This document shows positions 34,696-42,585 of a stretch of 64,000 bases of DNA, in pieces. The notes under the pieces were generated by a model. That model worked only from the letters and a program-made list of their open reading frames with translations, searched no databases and had not been told where the DNA came from. Source of the stretch: Vicinamibacterales bacterium (GTDB lineage Bacteria; Acidobacteriota; Vicinamibacteria; Vicinamibacterales; UBA2999). The DNA lies in NCBI GenBank assembly GCA_036742665.1, contig DAINQP010000004.1:382-64381 (forward strand), written 5' to 3'. Each line of letters starts with the position of its first letter. Positions within the stretch are counted from its first letter, which is position 1. A program made the position numbers and the translations under genes.

Positions 34696-36967
34696 CCTTG
34701 TCCACGCGTTTGCGCAGCTCTTCGAGATTCAACATGATCGACTCATTCGATCGCAAGAGGTCGGCCAGGATCTCATCTCGCTGGCGGACGTCGCGCGGTG
34801 CCGCCTGTTCGCGGCCGAGGAACGGCCACAAACGCTGACTCAGGTCCTGCGGCAGTACGCCTTCGAGATACTCGAGCGCCGTGCCGCGCAGCTTCGGATC
34901 GTCGGTGTGAAGACCGCGATAGGCAATTTGGAGCGGTGCCGTCGGCAGCACGAGCGACAACAGGGTGAAGACATGCGCGAGGCTCTGGCCCGCCCGATCC
35001 TTCAGGAACTCATCGACAAACGACCGCTGCTCGGGATCGATGCTGTCGAGCAGACGATGACTCTGCCACACCGGACGGCCGACCGCCACTTCCTTGCGCA
35101 CCACGTCGAATACGCGCTCGCGATCGATCCGGACGCGTGGATTCTTCTCGAGGATCGACGACAGCGATCGGCCGCACTGAAATCGTACTTCGAAGCGCAG
35201 ATCCTCGAGACCGAGCAACAGCCCATCGACTGCGCGCTGTGACACGCAGATAGAAAACACCCGCGCCAGCCGCCGCCGGACGGCGAATGGCTGGTTGGGA
35301 TCGAGCAGGGCGTCGATCAGCTCACCGACACGTTCCTCGGCAATCTTGCGCAACGCCCGCACGGCGTCTTCGGCGACCGGATCCCAGGCGAGGAGGGGGA
35401 TCACGTGTGGGACCAGTGTCGGCGGGAGCCCTTCCTCGTCGCGCAGCACACTGAGGACGCGGTCCCGATTCCGCGACTTCAGCGCCATGATCTCCATCAC
35501 CTCCGGGTCGCCGACGGGAACCGGGTGCTCCATGGTCATCGCACCCGTCAATGAGGTCGTCACGATCGTACGGTCGCGTGTCAGGCCGGCCGTGAACGGC
35601 GTGCGGAGCGTGCGAATCATCGCCGTGCGCGTCGTGATGTCTTCCACGTCCGACAAGTCGAGTTCGACCGCGCGATCGAGCAGGCTGCGCTCGAGTGTCT
35701 GGATATAGCCGGTACTGAGTCGTCTCGCCACGACGATCGCCACCCCGGAACATGCAACGGCGGCGAGCAGGATCGCGCCGTATTGCTGCGTCGCCGGGAG
35801 CAGGATGAGCAGCCGCACCACACCACCGCCGACCGCATCGCCGAGCCGATCGAAGCCGACATCGATGATCGACTTGGCGGCGCGTTTCTCGTCGGCCGGG
35901 ATCGGCGTATAGAAGATCTCGTAGCCAGTCCGGAACAGCGAGCCGCGGAAGACCGACTCACCCGTGCGCGCGAGCAGCGCGCCAGCCAGGCCAGGAAACG
36001 CAAGTCCGAGCAGGCCGCCGACCGTCAGCGCGATTGACGGCGTGCTTGCTGTAAGACCCAGGCCCAACCGCTCTAGCGCCAGGGCGCTCGACGTGGTCTG
36101 GACCAGGAACGACAACAAGCTGACACCCGCGTAATAGAGCGCGAAAAAGCGCAGCAGGCTGTCGCCGCGTCCGAACGTCTCGACGGCCTGAGCCTTGAAG
36201 ACGTAGTCGGCCAGCGCGGCGCCGATCGTCCCGAGCAGCACGAGTGCCGCGAGATTGCGCAGATACGGTGCCTGTGCCAGCACATGGAGACCAGACTGCG
36301 GCGACGTCGCGGCCAGATCAGGCGGCACAGTCTCGAGCGTGGCGTGCTGCGAAGGCGGCGCCGATTGCGCAAGCCGCCGAATCTGCCAGGCGCAGAACAC
36401 GTTGACAACGGCCAACAGCGGCAGCATCGCCGTCACCCCAACCATGACCGCCACGCGTTCGGCGACGAGCGCACCACCAAGGCCGGCGAGCGTCCCGACG
36501 CCGGCGATTCGGCCGAAGTGATGCCGTGCGGTGTGCGGATCGAAGCGCTCGGTGGCAATCAGCCAGAAGCTCGAACCGAGCATTGGACCCAGACCGGAGA
36601 TCTGCAGGTAGACCAGCCGCGCCGCCAGGACCGGCGTCGAGAACGTCAGCAGCCACGAGGCAAACAGCAGGGCGCCGCTGAGCGCGAAGGCAATTGGCAC
36701 GAACGTCGCCGGCGATACCCTCTGCAGGCCACGCGAGCTCGCTATCACAAGGAGGATCGACACCACGGCTGTGGCGATCACGATCGTCGGCAGCGTTGTA
36801 ACGTCGAGGTTCGCGAGGTACAGCGCGTCCCGCGTGGCCTTACCGGCGATGAACTGCGCGCTCACGGCCGCCGAGCAGATCATCGCGATCATGACTGCCG
36901 GGTCGGCCCGGGTCTGTGATGAGGTCATCGGAACAGTCGGGGTACGGGGAATGCGCGCCTTCGGCAC
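34688..36967 (-). CDS. TLC/MFS-like polytopic transporter fused to a ~330-aa C-terminal HEAT/ARM-like helical repeat domain
   Basis: N-terminal GKATRDALYLANLDVTTLP... pattern and ~12 TM helices, then repeated ~30-aa helical units (..VIPLLAWDPVAEDAVRALRKI.., ..LLDPNQPFAVRRRLARVF.., ..GLHTDDPKLRGTALEYL..). GTG at 36967 is preceded by GAGGGG. Confidence 0.5.
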   Translation of the reverse strand: MPKARIPRTPTVPMTSSQTRADPAVMIAMICSAAVSAQFIAGKATRDALYLANLDVTTLPTIVIATAVVSILLVIASSRGLQRVSPATFVPIAFALSGALLFASWLLTFSTPVLAARLVYLQISGLGPMLGSSFWLIATERFDPHTARHHFGRIAGVGTLAGLGGALVAERVAVMVGVTAMLPLLAVVNVFCAWQIRRLAQSAPPSQHATLETVPPDLAATSPQSGLHVLAQAPYLRNLAALVLLGTIGAALADYVFKAQAVETFGRGDSLLRFFALYYAGVSLLSFLVQTTSSALALERLGLGLTASTPSIALTVGGLLGLAFPGLAGALLARTGESVFRGSLFRTGYEIFYTPIPADEKRAAKSIIDVGFDRLGDAVGGGVVRLLILLPATQQYGAILLAAVACSGVAIVVARRLSTGYIQTLERSLLDRAVELDLSDVEDITTRTAMIRTLRTPFTAGLTRDRTIVTTSLTGAMTMEHPVPVGDPEVMEIMALKSRNRDRVLSVLRDEEGLPPTLVPHVIPLLAWDPVAEDAVRALRKIAEERVGELIDALLDPNQPFAVRRRLARVFSICVSQRAVDGLLLGLEDLRFEVRFQCGRSLSSILEKNPRVRIDRERVFDVVRKEVAVGRPVWQSHRLLDSIDPEQRSFVDEFLKDRAGQSLAHVFTLLSLVLPTAPLQIAYRGLHTDDPKLRGTALEYLEGVLPQDLSQRLWPFLGREQAAPRDVRQRDEILADLLRSNESIMLNLEELRKRVDKGA

Positions 36968-37211
36968 GCGAGAACCCCTCGATGCGAGACGATTTCGTTC
37001 ATGGTATCACCCGCCTTCGCGTTAGGGCTTCGGCGTGGCAGGCCCTGCCTTTCGTCGGACGTAGCCTGCCTCCGGCGGGCCAACCTGACCAGGGCAGCTT
37101 GCGTGTATCCGGACAGTTGGCGTGCCCAGGACACTGGCAGGTGGTTCGTTCTCGTCCCGGTCCGCCGAACCGGTAGAAAGTGATCGTGTTCTGTATGATG
37201 CGTGGGTCCCT

Positions 37212-38639
37212 ATGACCAGAACTCGCGTTCGATCGGTCATATCTGCCGGCGCCATCGTCCTCGCGTTGTGGGGTCCCGCGGCGCTGGCGCAAGGCCGCGC
37301 TCAGGCCACCGCGCTACCCGTGCTCACCGATCTCGACGGCACGATCGAATCACTGGTCCGCACCGTCGATCCATCGGTGGTGCAGATCTTTACGTCCGGA
37401 CTCGCGACAAGTGAAGGCGTGGTGAAGGGGCCGTCGGATCTCGTCACCCCGGTGCGAGCCAGCGGCTCGGGCGTCGTCGTGGACGCCGAGGGATTCGTCA
37501 TCACCAATGCGCACGTCGTGCGCGGTGCGTCGCGGATCCGGGTCGAAGTGCCGGTGTCCCCGGCCGGGCAGTCGCTCCTCGCACGCCGCAGCCGCATCGT
37601 CACGGCGCGGCTCGTCGGCTTCGACCAGGAGACCGACATCGCGGTGCTGAAAATTGATGCGAGCGGTTTGCGCGCGCTGCCGTTCGGAGACTCCGACGGC
37701 CTCAAAGCGGGGCAGGTCGTGCTGGCGTTCGGCAGCCCGTTGGGCCTGCAGAACTCGGTATCGCTTGGCATTGTCAGCGCTGTGGCCCGGCAACTCGAGC
37801 CCGAATCGCCGATGGTCTATATCCAGACCGACGCGTCGATCAACCAGGGCAACAGTGGCGGCCCGCTGGTCGATGCGAGGGGCCATCTGGTCGGCGTCAA
37901 CACGCTGGTCGTGTCCACCTCCGGCGCCAACAGCGGGCTGGGGTTCGCCGCACCGAGCAACATTGTCAAGACGGTGTTCGATCAGATCAAGCAGAGCGGC
38001 CGTGTGCGACGGGGTGAGATCGGTGTGAGGGCGCAGACGGTGACCCCGGTGCTTGCAGCGGGACTGGGTCTGTCGCGCGACTATGGCGCAGTGCTCGCTG
38101 ATGTCGTGCCCGGTGGGCCGGCCGATCGCGCGGGCCTGGCCGTCGGCGACCTGGTGCTGTCGATCGATGGCAAGCCGATCGAAAACGGACGTCAGCTCAA
38201 CGTGACGCTGTATCGCAAGGCCGTCGGCGACGTGGTCAGACTCGACGTGTTGCGCAACGAACAGGTCAAGACGGTGAACGTCTCGGTGGCCGAACGCAAC
38301 GATCCGCTGTCGCGGATTACCGGGCTCGCCGATCCACGACAGAACGTCGTCGAGCGTCTCGGGATCCTCGGTGTGACCCTTGGGCCCGACGTTGCGGCGC
38401 TGCTACCGCTGTTGCGCGCGAAGTCAGGTGTGGTGGTCGTCTCGGCGACGGCCGGCACGTTCGACGCCGACAGCGGCGTGCTCGTGCCCGGCGATGTGAT
38501 TCATGCGGTGAACGGCACGTGGATCATGACGCTCGAGGCGCTGCGCGGCGCACTTGCGGGCAAGAAGGCTGGGGATGCCGTGGTGCTGCAAATCGAGCGT
38601 CTCGGTCTTTTGAGTTACATCGCGTTCACTCTCGACTAA
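37212..38639 (+). CDS. DegP/HtrA-family periplasmic serine protease with two PDZ domains
   Basis: Signal peptide ...GPAALAQG; GSGVVVDAEGFVITNAHVV (His); DIAVLK (Asp); GNSGGPLVD (Ser). Confidence 0.85.
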   Translation: MTRTRVRSVISAGAIVLALWGPAALAQGRAQATALPVLTDLDGTIESLVRTVDPSVVQIFTSGLATSEGVVKGPSDLVTPVRASGSGVVVDAEGFVITNAHVVRGASRIRVEVPVSPAGQSLLARRSRIVTARLVGFDQETDIAVLKIDASGLRALPFGDSDGLKAGQVVLAFGSPLGLQNSVSLGIVSAVARQLEPESPMVYIQTDASINQGNSGGPLVDARGHLVGVNTLVVSTSGANSGLGFAAPSNIVKTVFDQIKQSGRVRRGEIGVRAQTVTPVLAAGLGLSRDYGAVLADVVPGGPADRAGLAVGDLVLSIDGKPIENGRQLNVTLYRKAVGDVVRLDVLRNEQVKTVNVSVAERNDPLSRITGLADPRQNVVERLGILGVTLGPDVAALLPLLRAKSGVVVVSATAGTFDADSGVLVPGDVIHAVNGTWIMTLEALRGALAGKKAGDAVVLQIERLGLLSYIAFTLD

Positions 38640-38641
38640 GC

Positions 38642-38830
38642 GTGCTGTTCTTCGAGTTCTTCCCGCTCTTCGTCGCGCTCGTTGGCGTGGTCGCCGCCGT
38701 GTTCCTCTTCATGAGAGACCGTCGCGCGCGCGCGGCCAACGAGCCGGAGGATCCGATCGCACAGCGAAAAGAGCCCTCTCCTGACGACGATGAGCGCGGC
38801 CCGGGGCTGCGGCCAAGCATGCGGGCATAA
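38642..38830 (+). CDS. Possible small single-TM protein (62 aa, GTG start)
   Basis: VLFFEFFPLFVALVGVVAAVFLF followed by a charged tail. Starts 3 nt after the degP-like stop. Weak support. Confidence 0.25.
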   Translation: MLFFEFFPLFVALVGVVAAVFLFMRDRRARAANEPEDPIAQRKEPSPDDDERGPGLRPSMRA

Positions 38831-38932
38831 GAACCTCGCGGGACGACCGACGTTCGTCGCGTCGCGCGAGCGGACGAAGTCTTCGAGCAGGTGGGAGCCG
38901 TCCTGATGCCGTGGCGATGTTGGCGTCCTAAT

Positions 38933-39280
38933 CTATTTCTTCGCGGCGTGCTCTTTTGCCAACTCCAGATGGAGCTTGGCCAGCGCGCGCAGCGCCTCTG
39001 CAGCCTCGCGGGAATGCGCGGCATAGTGTCGCGCCTCGCCAAGCAGCTTCGCCTCGCTCTTCTCATAGAGCGTCGCCAGGTCTTCATGGACTTTGGCGTC
39101 GTTCTCATGCTCGACCGCGTGCGCCGTGTAGTGCGCCGCAAGTTTCTGATGTTCCTCGGCGGTGCTGTGGGACTGCGCCACTTTCTTGAAATCCTGGTCC
39201 GAGAGCTGGCCAGTCTCTGCGTAGGCGAGCGAGCACAGGGCCAATGCCGCCACACCGACGTACGAACAGAGTCGTGTCAT
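38933..39280 (-). CDS. Secreted His-rich all-helical protein (possibly Spy/CpxP/ZraP-like)
   Basis: Signal peptide MTRLCSYVGVAALALCSLAYA. The mature part is helical and rich in H/E/K/A (AEEHQKLAAHYTAHAVEHENDAKVHEDL). Confidence 0.4.
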   Translation of the reverse strand: MTRLCSYVGVAALALCSLAYAETGQLSDQDFKKVAQSHSTAEEHQKLAAHYTAHAVEHENDAKVHEDLATLYEKSEAKLLGEARHYAAHSREAAEALRALAKLHLELAKEHAAKK

Positions 39281-39479
39281 GCGTTTGCCTCCATCTTCAG
39301 TTGCCGTCTGGTGACAGCCAGCGCAGACGCGCCGCTCTCCTGACGTAACAGTTCGATGGGCGGCTGGGGAGCAACGCGCGTGCCACGCACGCACATTGGA
39401 GATCTCGCGCGATATCCGCGAGAACGTGCGGGAGGCTGCGAAGTTGCTCGCAGCACTGCGGAATTTTTCCCCGTCCGAT

Positions 39480-40364
39480 CTAGTCGTAGTACTGCGGCGC
39501 CTTCTTCAATTTGGTGATGAACTCGTAATCGTGCTCGATCCAGAGCGGCATCTTCGTCTTCCCGAGGTAGTCCTCGATCACGCGCCGTGAGGCCGCCGAC
39601 TGCTCGGGGCTGAACTCGTTGTCCGGCGGCCGCCGCTTGAAGCTGCGCTCCTCGCGGTAGTGATAGAGATCACCGCTCAACATGATGGGTCCCGTCTTCG
39701 CCAGTTTGAGAACCAGGACCTGATGCGCCGGAGTGTGGCCGGGCGCGGCCTTCATGATCACGCTGCCATCGCCGAACACGTCGTGCTCATCCTTGTCGAC
39801 GACAACCACCTGGCTGCCCTTCAGAGACGAGTAGAACGCCGGATTCACGCGCGGGTTATTCTCGGCCCACATGAAGTCGCGCTCCGCGGCGCGCGTCAGC
39901 CACGTCGCCGCGGCAAACGCGTTGAGGTTCGCGGTGTGGTCGATATGCGCGTGCGAAACCGCGACGTAGGTGATGTCCTCAGGCTTATAGCCAACCTGCG
40001 CGAGTTGGCTCTTCAGCGTGCGCGTGACAACAGCTGCGACGGTCGGATTGACGTTGGCCTTCGCGTTGTTCGTCTGCGCCTCGACGACGCTGTCAGGAAT
40101 GACGCCGACGTCCCACATCAGCGTCCCGCGCGGATGGGCGATCAGGAAGCAGGGCACCGGCATGCGGATCTCGCCGACCTCCTGCATGGTGACGTGATAG
40201 CGCTCAACCCCCTCGCGATTGGGCGTGAGCGTGCCGCAGTCGAAGACATAGAGCCGAAGCGATTTCACCGCTGGTGATTTCGTCTGCACCGAGACGGGAG
40301 CTGATAGGGCTGCCTCAATCGCCACGGCTGCCGCGAGCGCCGCGGCCCATCGCAGGTGTTTCAT
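39480..40364 (-). CDS. Secreted MBL-fold metallo-hydrolase (lactonase-like)
   Basis: Signal peptide MKHLRWAAALAAAVAIEA; VAVSHAHIDHTANL (HxHxDH); APGHTPAH. Confidence 0.75.
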   Translation of the reverse strand: MKHLRWAAALAAAVAIEAALSAPVSVQTKSPAVKSLRLYVFDCGTLTPNREGVERYHVTMQEVGEIRMPVPCFLIAHPRGTLMWDVGVIPDSVVEAQTNNAKANVNPTVAAVVTRTLKSQLAQVGYKPEDITYVAVSHAHIDHTANLNAFAAATWLTRAAERDFMWAENNPRVNPAFYSSLKGSQVVVVDKDEHDVFGDGSVIMKAAPGHTPAHQVLVLKLAKTGPIMLSGDLYHYREERSFKRRPPDNEFSPEQSAASRRVIEDYLGKTKMPLWIEHDYEFITKLKKAPQYYD

Positions 40365-40386
40365 CACGCTGAGAGTATAGGGCGAG

Positions 40387-42033
40387 TTACCAGCGAAACG
40401 CTGTCTGGGCCGTCTGAGTGGCCAGCCGCTCATGGAGCATCATGGCCGTCTCGCGGGCAAGGTAGGGGATGCTGATTCGGTGGACTGGAGAGGCGCTGCC
40501 GGCCGTATCGACACGGATGCCCGCCATTGCAGCTCGCCGATCGAACGGAGACTCGGCACGCCCAACCACTTGAATCTTCGCGATCGGCACAACCGTGTTC
40601 TGCCGCCACCACCACCCGCTGCGCAGAACGAGTGCGTCTTCAGTGACAGCCCAATGTGTATGGCGAACGTGTTGCCAGGCCAGAGTCACGATCCAAGGCA
40701 CTGTGATCGCCAACACGATGAGTCCTGCCCAACCGAACCAGAAAACGAATGGCACGACGGTGATGAACGGCAGGACGAGAGCGGGCTTCACCGCGCGCCG
40801 AAACGCGCGCGGGTGCAGCGGCTGCCACGCGACGCTGTCGAGATCGAACCCGGGAAGCACTTCGTGCACCAGCGCCCGAACGGCGGCCTTCCGAATGATG
40901 GGCGCCAGCCGCTCGCGCGGCTGCGTGCGTTGTCCGTCGTGAGGAGAGCCGTGTCCGCCCGCGGTTTCCACACGCACTGACATCCGATTGACGAGCCGCT
41001 GTAGCGGTGACTCGGTGACGGTCAATGACTGCACGCGTTTCAGCGGAACGGTGGTGGTCACACGCGTCAGCAGGCCGTATTCGGTCCGCAGGTCTTCTCC
41101 AACGCGGGTGAGATGGAACTCGTGCAGGCGCAGGAACGACCACACCATCGACAGCACGCGCACGAGCAGCAACAGTCCGATAACGCCCACCAGCAGAATC
41201 GCGACGCGTCCGAACGAGGGCAGTCGGCCCGCGGCCACTGTGGCTATCGTGTCACGCAGCAGTCCGGGCGCATACGCGCCGCTTGTGAGCTGCTCCCACA
41301 CCGATCGAAACAGCCCGGCCTCCCACAGCACGCCGTACGCGGCCGCCACGATCACCATGCCACGGTTTTCGAGCAGCCCGTTCAGCAGCAGCTCGCGTAC
41401 CGGCAGGTAGAGCAACGTCCGGCCGTCCTCGCGCTCCGCGCGACGCTGCCCAGGTTCGGTCTCGGCCGCGGTGCCCTGCGTCGTCAATGGTTCCGGTTCC
41501 GGGACCGCAACCAGCGCGCGTCCGGCGAAGACGCGGCGGCGCATTTCGTGGAAGACGGTTTCGTGCAGGACGCTGATCGTCGCTTCAGGGGCCGTTCCAC
41601 CGCCGGTTTCGACACGAACCTCGGCGACGCCGAACAGACGGTGGGCGATGTTTCTCACTGCATCGAGGTTCTGGATCCGCGCATACGGCACGTGGCGTTC
41701 GTTGCGAAAGAGGATGCCCGAGCTGATGACGAGTTCCGTACCCTCGTAACGCAGACGGAACGAGAAGTAGCGCACCAGCGCCGCGATGGTCGCTGGAATC
41801 AGAAAGAGCAGGATCCAGAACTGCCAGTTGGCGATCTCCAACTCGCCGGGCATCCATCGGTTCATCCATCGCGCGGGTCCCCATCCTCCAGGATCAGAGG
41901 GCTGTGGCGAGGAGCGGCCGCTGGTCAGGATGAGCACGACCGCTGGCAGCAGAAATGCTCGGAGGCTGCGAGCCAGCGCAAACAGGACGGACGAGGGGTG
42001 CAGGCGATGATCAGACGGCATCGCCCTGATCAC
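40387..42033 (-). CDS. YdbT-like membrane protein with three bacterial PH (bPH_2) domains
   Basis: Three repeats of a TM pair followed by ...RYEGTELVISSGILFRNERHVPYARIQNLD... type modules. Overlaps the upstream ydbS-like gene by 23 nt. Confidence 0.7.
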   Translation of the reverse strand: MIRAMPSDHRLHPSSVLFALARSLRAFLLPAVVLILTSGRSSPQPSDPGGWGPARWMNRWMPGELEIANWQFWILLFLIPATIAALVRYFSFRLRYEGTELVISSGILFRNERHVPYARIQNLDAVRNIAHRLFGVAEVRVETGGGTAPEATISVLHETVFHEMRRRVFAGRALVAVPEPEPLTTQGTAAETEPGQRRAEREDGRTLLYLPVRELLLNGLLENRGMVIVAAAYGVLWEAGLFRSVWEQLTSGAYAPGLLRDTIATVAAGRLPSFGRVAILLVGVIGLLLLVRVLSMVWSFLRLHEFHLTRVGEDLRTEYGLLTRVTTTVPLKRVQSLTVTESPLQRLVNRMSVRVETAGGHGSPHDGQRTQPRERLAPIIRKAAVRALVHEVLPGFDLDSVAWQPLHPRAFRRAVKPALVLPFITVVPFVFWFGWAGLIVLAITVPWIVTLAWQHVRHTHWAVTEDALVLRSGWWWRQNTVVPIAKIQVVGRAESPFDRRAAMAGIRVDTAGSASPVHRISIPYLARETAMMLHERLATQTAQTAFRW

Positions 42034-42553
42034 GGGGGAGCAGATGCGCGCGGACGCGCTGCGCGATGGTGAACTCGAGACCGGGCAGCTTCACTTCGGA
42101 ATGCTGCGTGCCCGCGGTGTAGACGACCAGCGTGCCGAGGCCATGCCGGCGCTCGAGCGGCCCTTGCGAGACATCGGTATGCTGGATCCGCGATCGTGGA
42201 ACGTTGGTGATCGTCCGCCAGTACACGCCGCGCAGGATCTCGAGACCAGCCTCGTCGACGCGGTACCACGTGTGGCGATAGGCGATCGCCGGCCAGTGTT
42301 GCAGGTGCCAGCCGAGTGCGCCGATGACGACGAGCCACAGTGGCAGAAGCAGCGCGCCAAGCTCGAGAATCCCGCTTGCCACCCACAGCGACACGACCGC
42401 CACGAACGACCCTGCCGCCAGGATAACGATGAAGATCGCGGCGTGCAGCCGCTGAACGGTGATCCAACGCGGGTCGAGCTGACGGCTGATGCCGTCGGCG
42501 ATCGAGTCGGCTGTGCCGGAATCCATCGACGAAGACGACTCTATTACAATCAC
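42011..42553 (-). CDS. YdbS-like membrane protein with a single bPH_2 domain
   Basis: TM hairpin followed by YRVDEAGLEILRGVYWRTITNVPRSRIQHTDVSQGPLERRHGLGTLVVYTAG. Confidence 0.7.
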   Translation of the reverse strand: MIVIESSSSMDSGTADSIADGISRQLDPRWITVQRLHAAIFIVILAAGSFVAVVSLWVASGILELGALLLPLWLVVIGALGWHLQHWPAIAYRHTWYRVDEAGLEILRGVYWRTITNVPRSRIQHTDVSQGPLERRHGLGTLVVYTAGTQHSEVKLPGLEFTIAQRVRAHLLPRDQGDAV

Positions 42554-42558
42554 CGCAC

Positions 42559-42581
42559 GTCCGGCTGAAGCCGGACACTAC
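42559..42581. repeat. REP family c palindrome GTCCGGCT-GA-AGCCGGAC + ACTAC
   Basis: 8-bp perfect arms. Lies in the 32-bp gap between the annotated divergent starts at 42553 and 42586. Confidence 0.8.
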
Positions 42582-42585
42582 ATCG

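Noticed and set aside
36968-37211. Divergent 244-bp region between the six-gene operon and degP: searched for sigma-E-type (GGAACTT-N16-TCNAA), sigma-70 and Pho-box motifs
   Set aside because: Only a TATGAT hexamer (37193-37198) 13 nt from the degP start, with no convincing -35, and no 11-bp-periodic heptamers. No call was made.
39396-39479. Plus-strand hairpin GCTGCGA-agttgc-TCGCAGC followed by a T-run (39441-39470) and the 64-aa ORF 39396-39590, as a possible sRNA or terminator
   Set aside because: The T-run is 8 nt away from the stem, no upstream promoter is recognisable, and the ORF is antisense to the MBL gene 3' end. There is not enough support. The palindrome TCTCGCG-cgatatc-CGCGAGA nearby is likewise unexplained.
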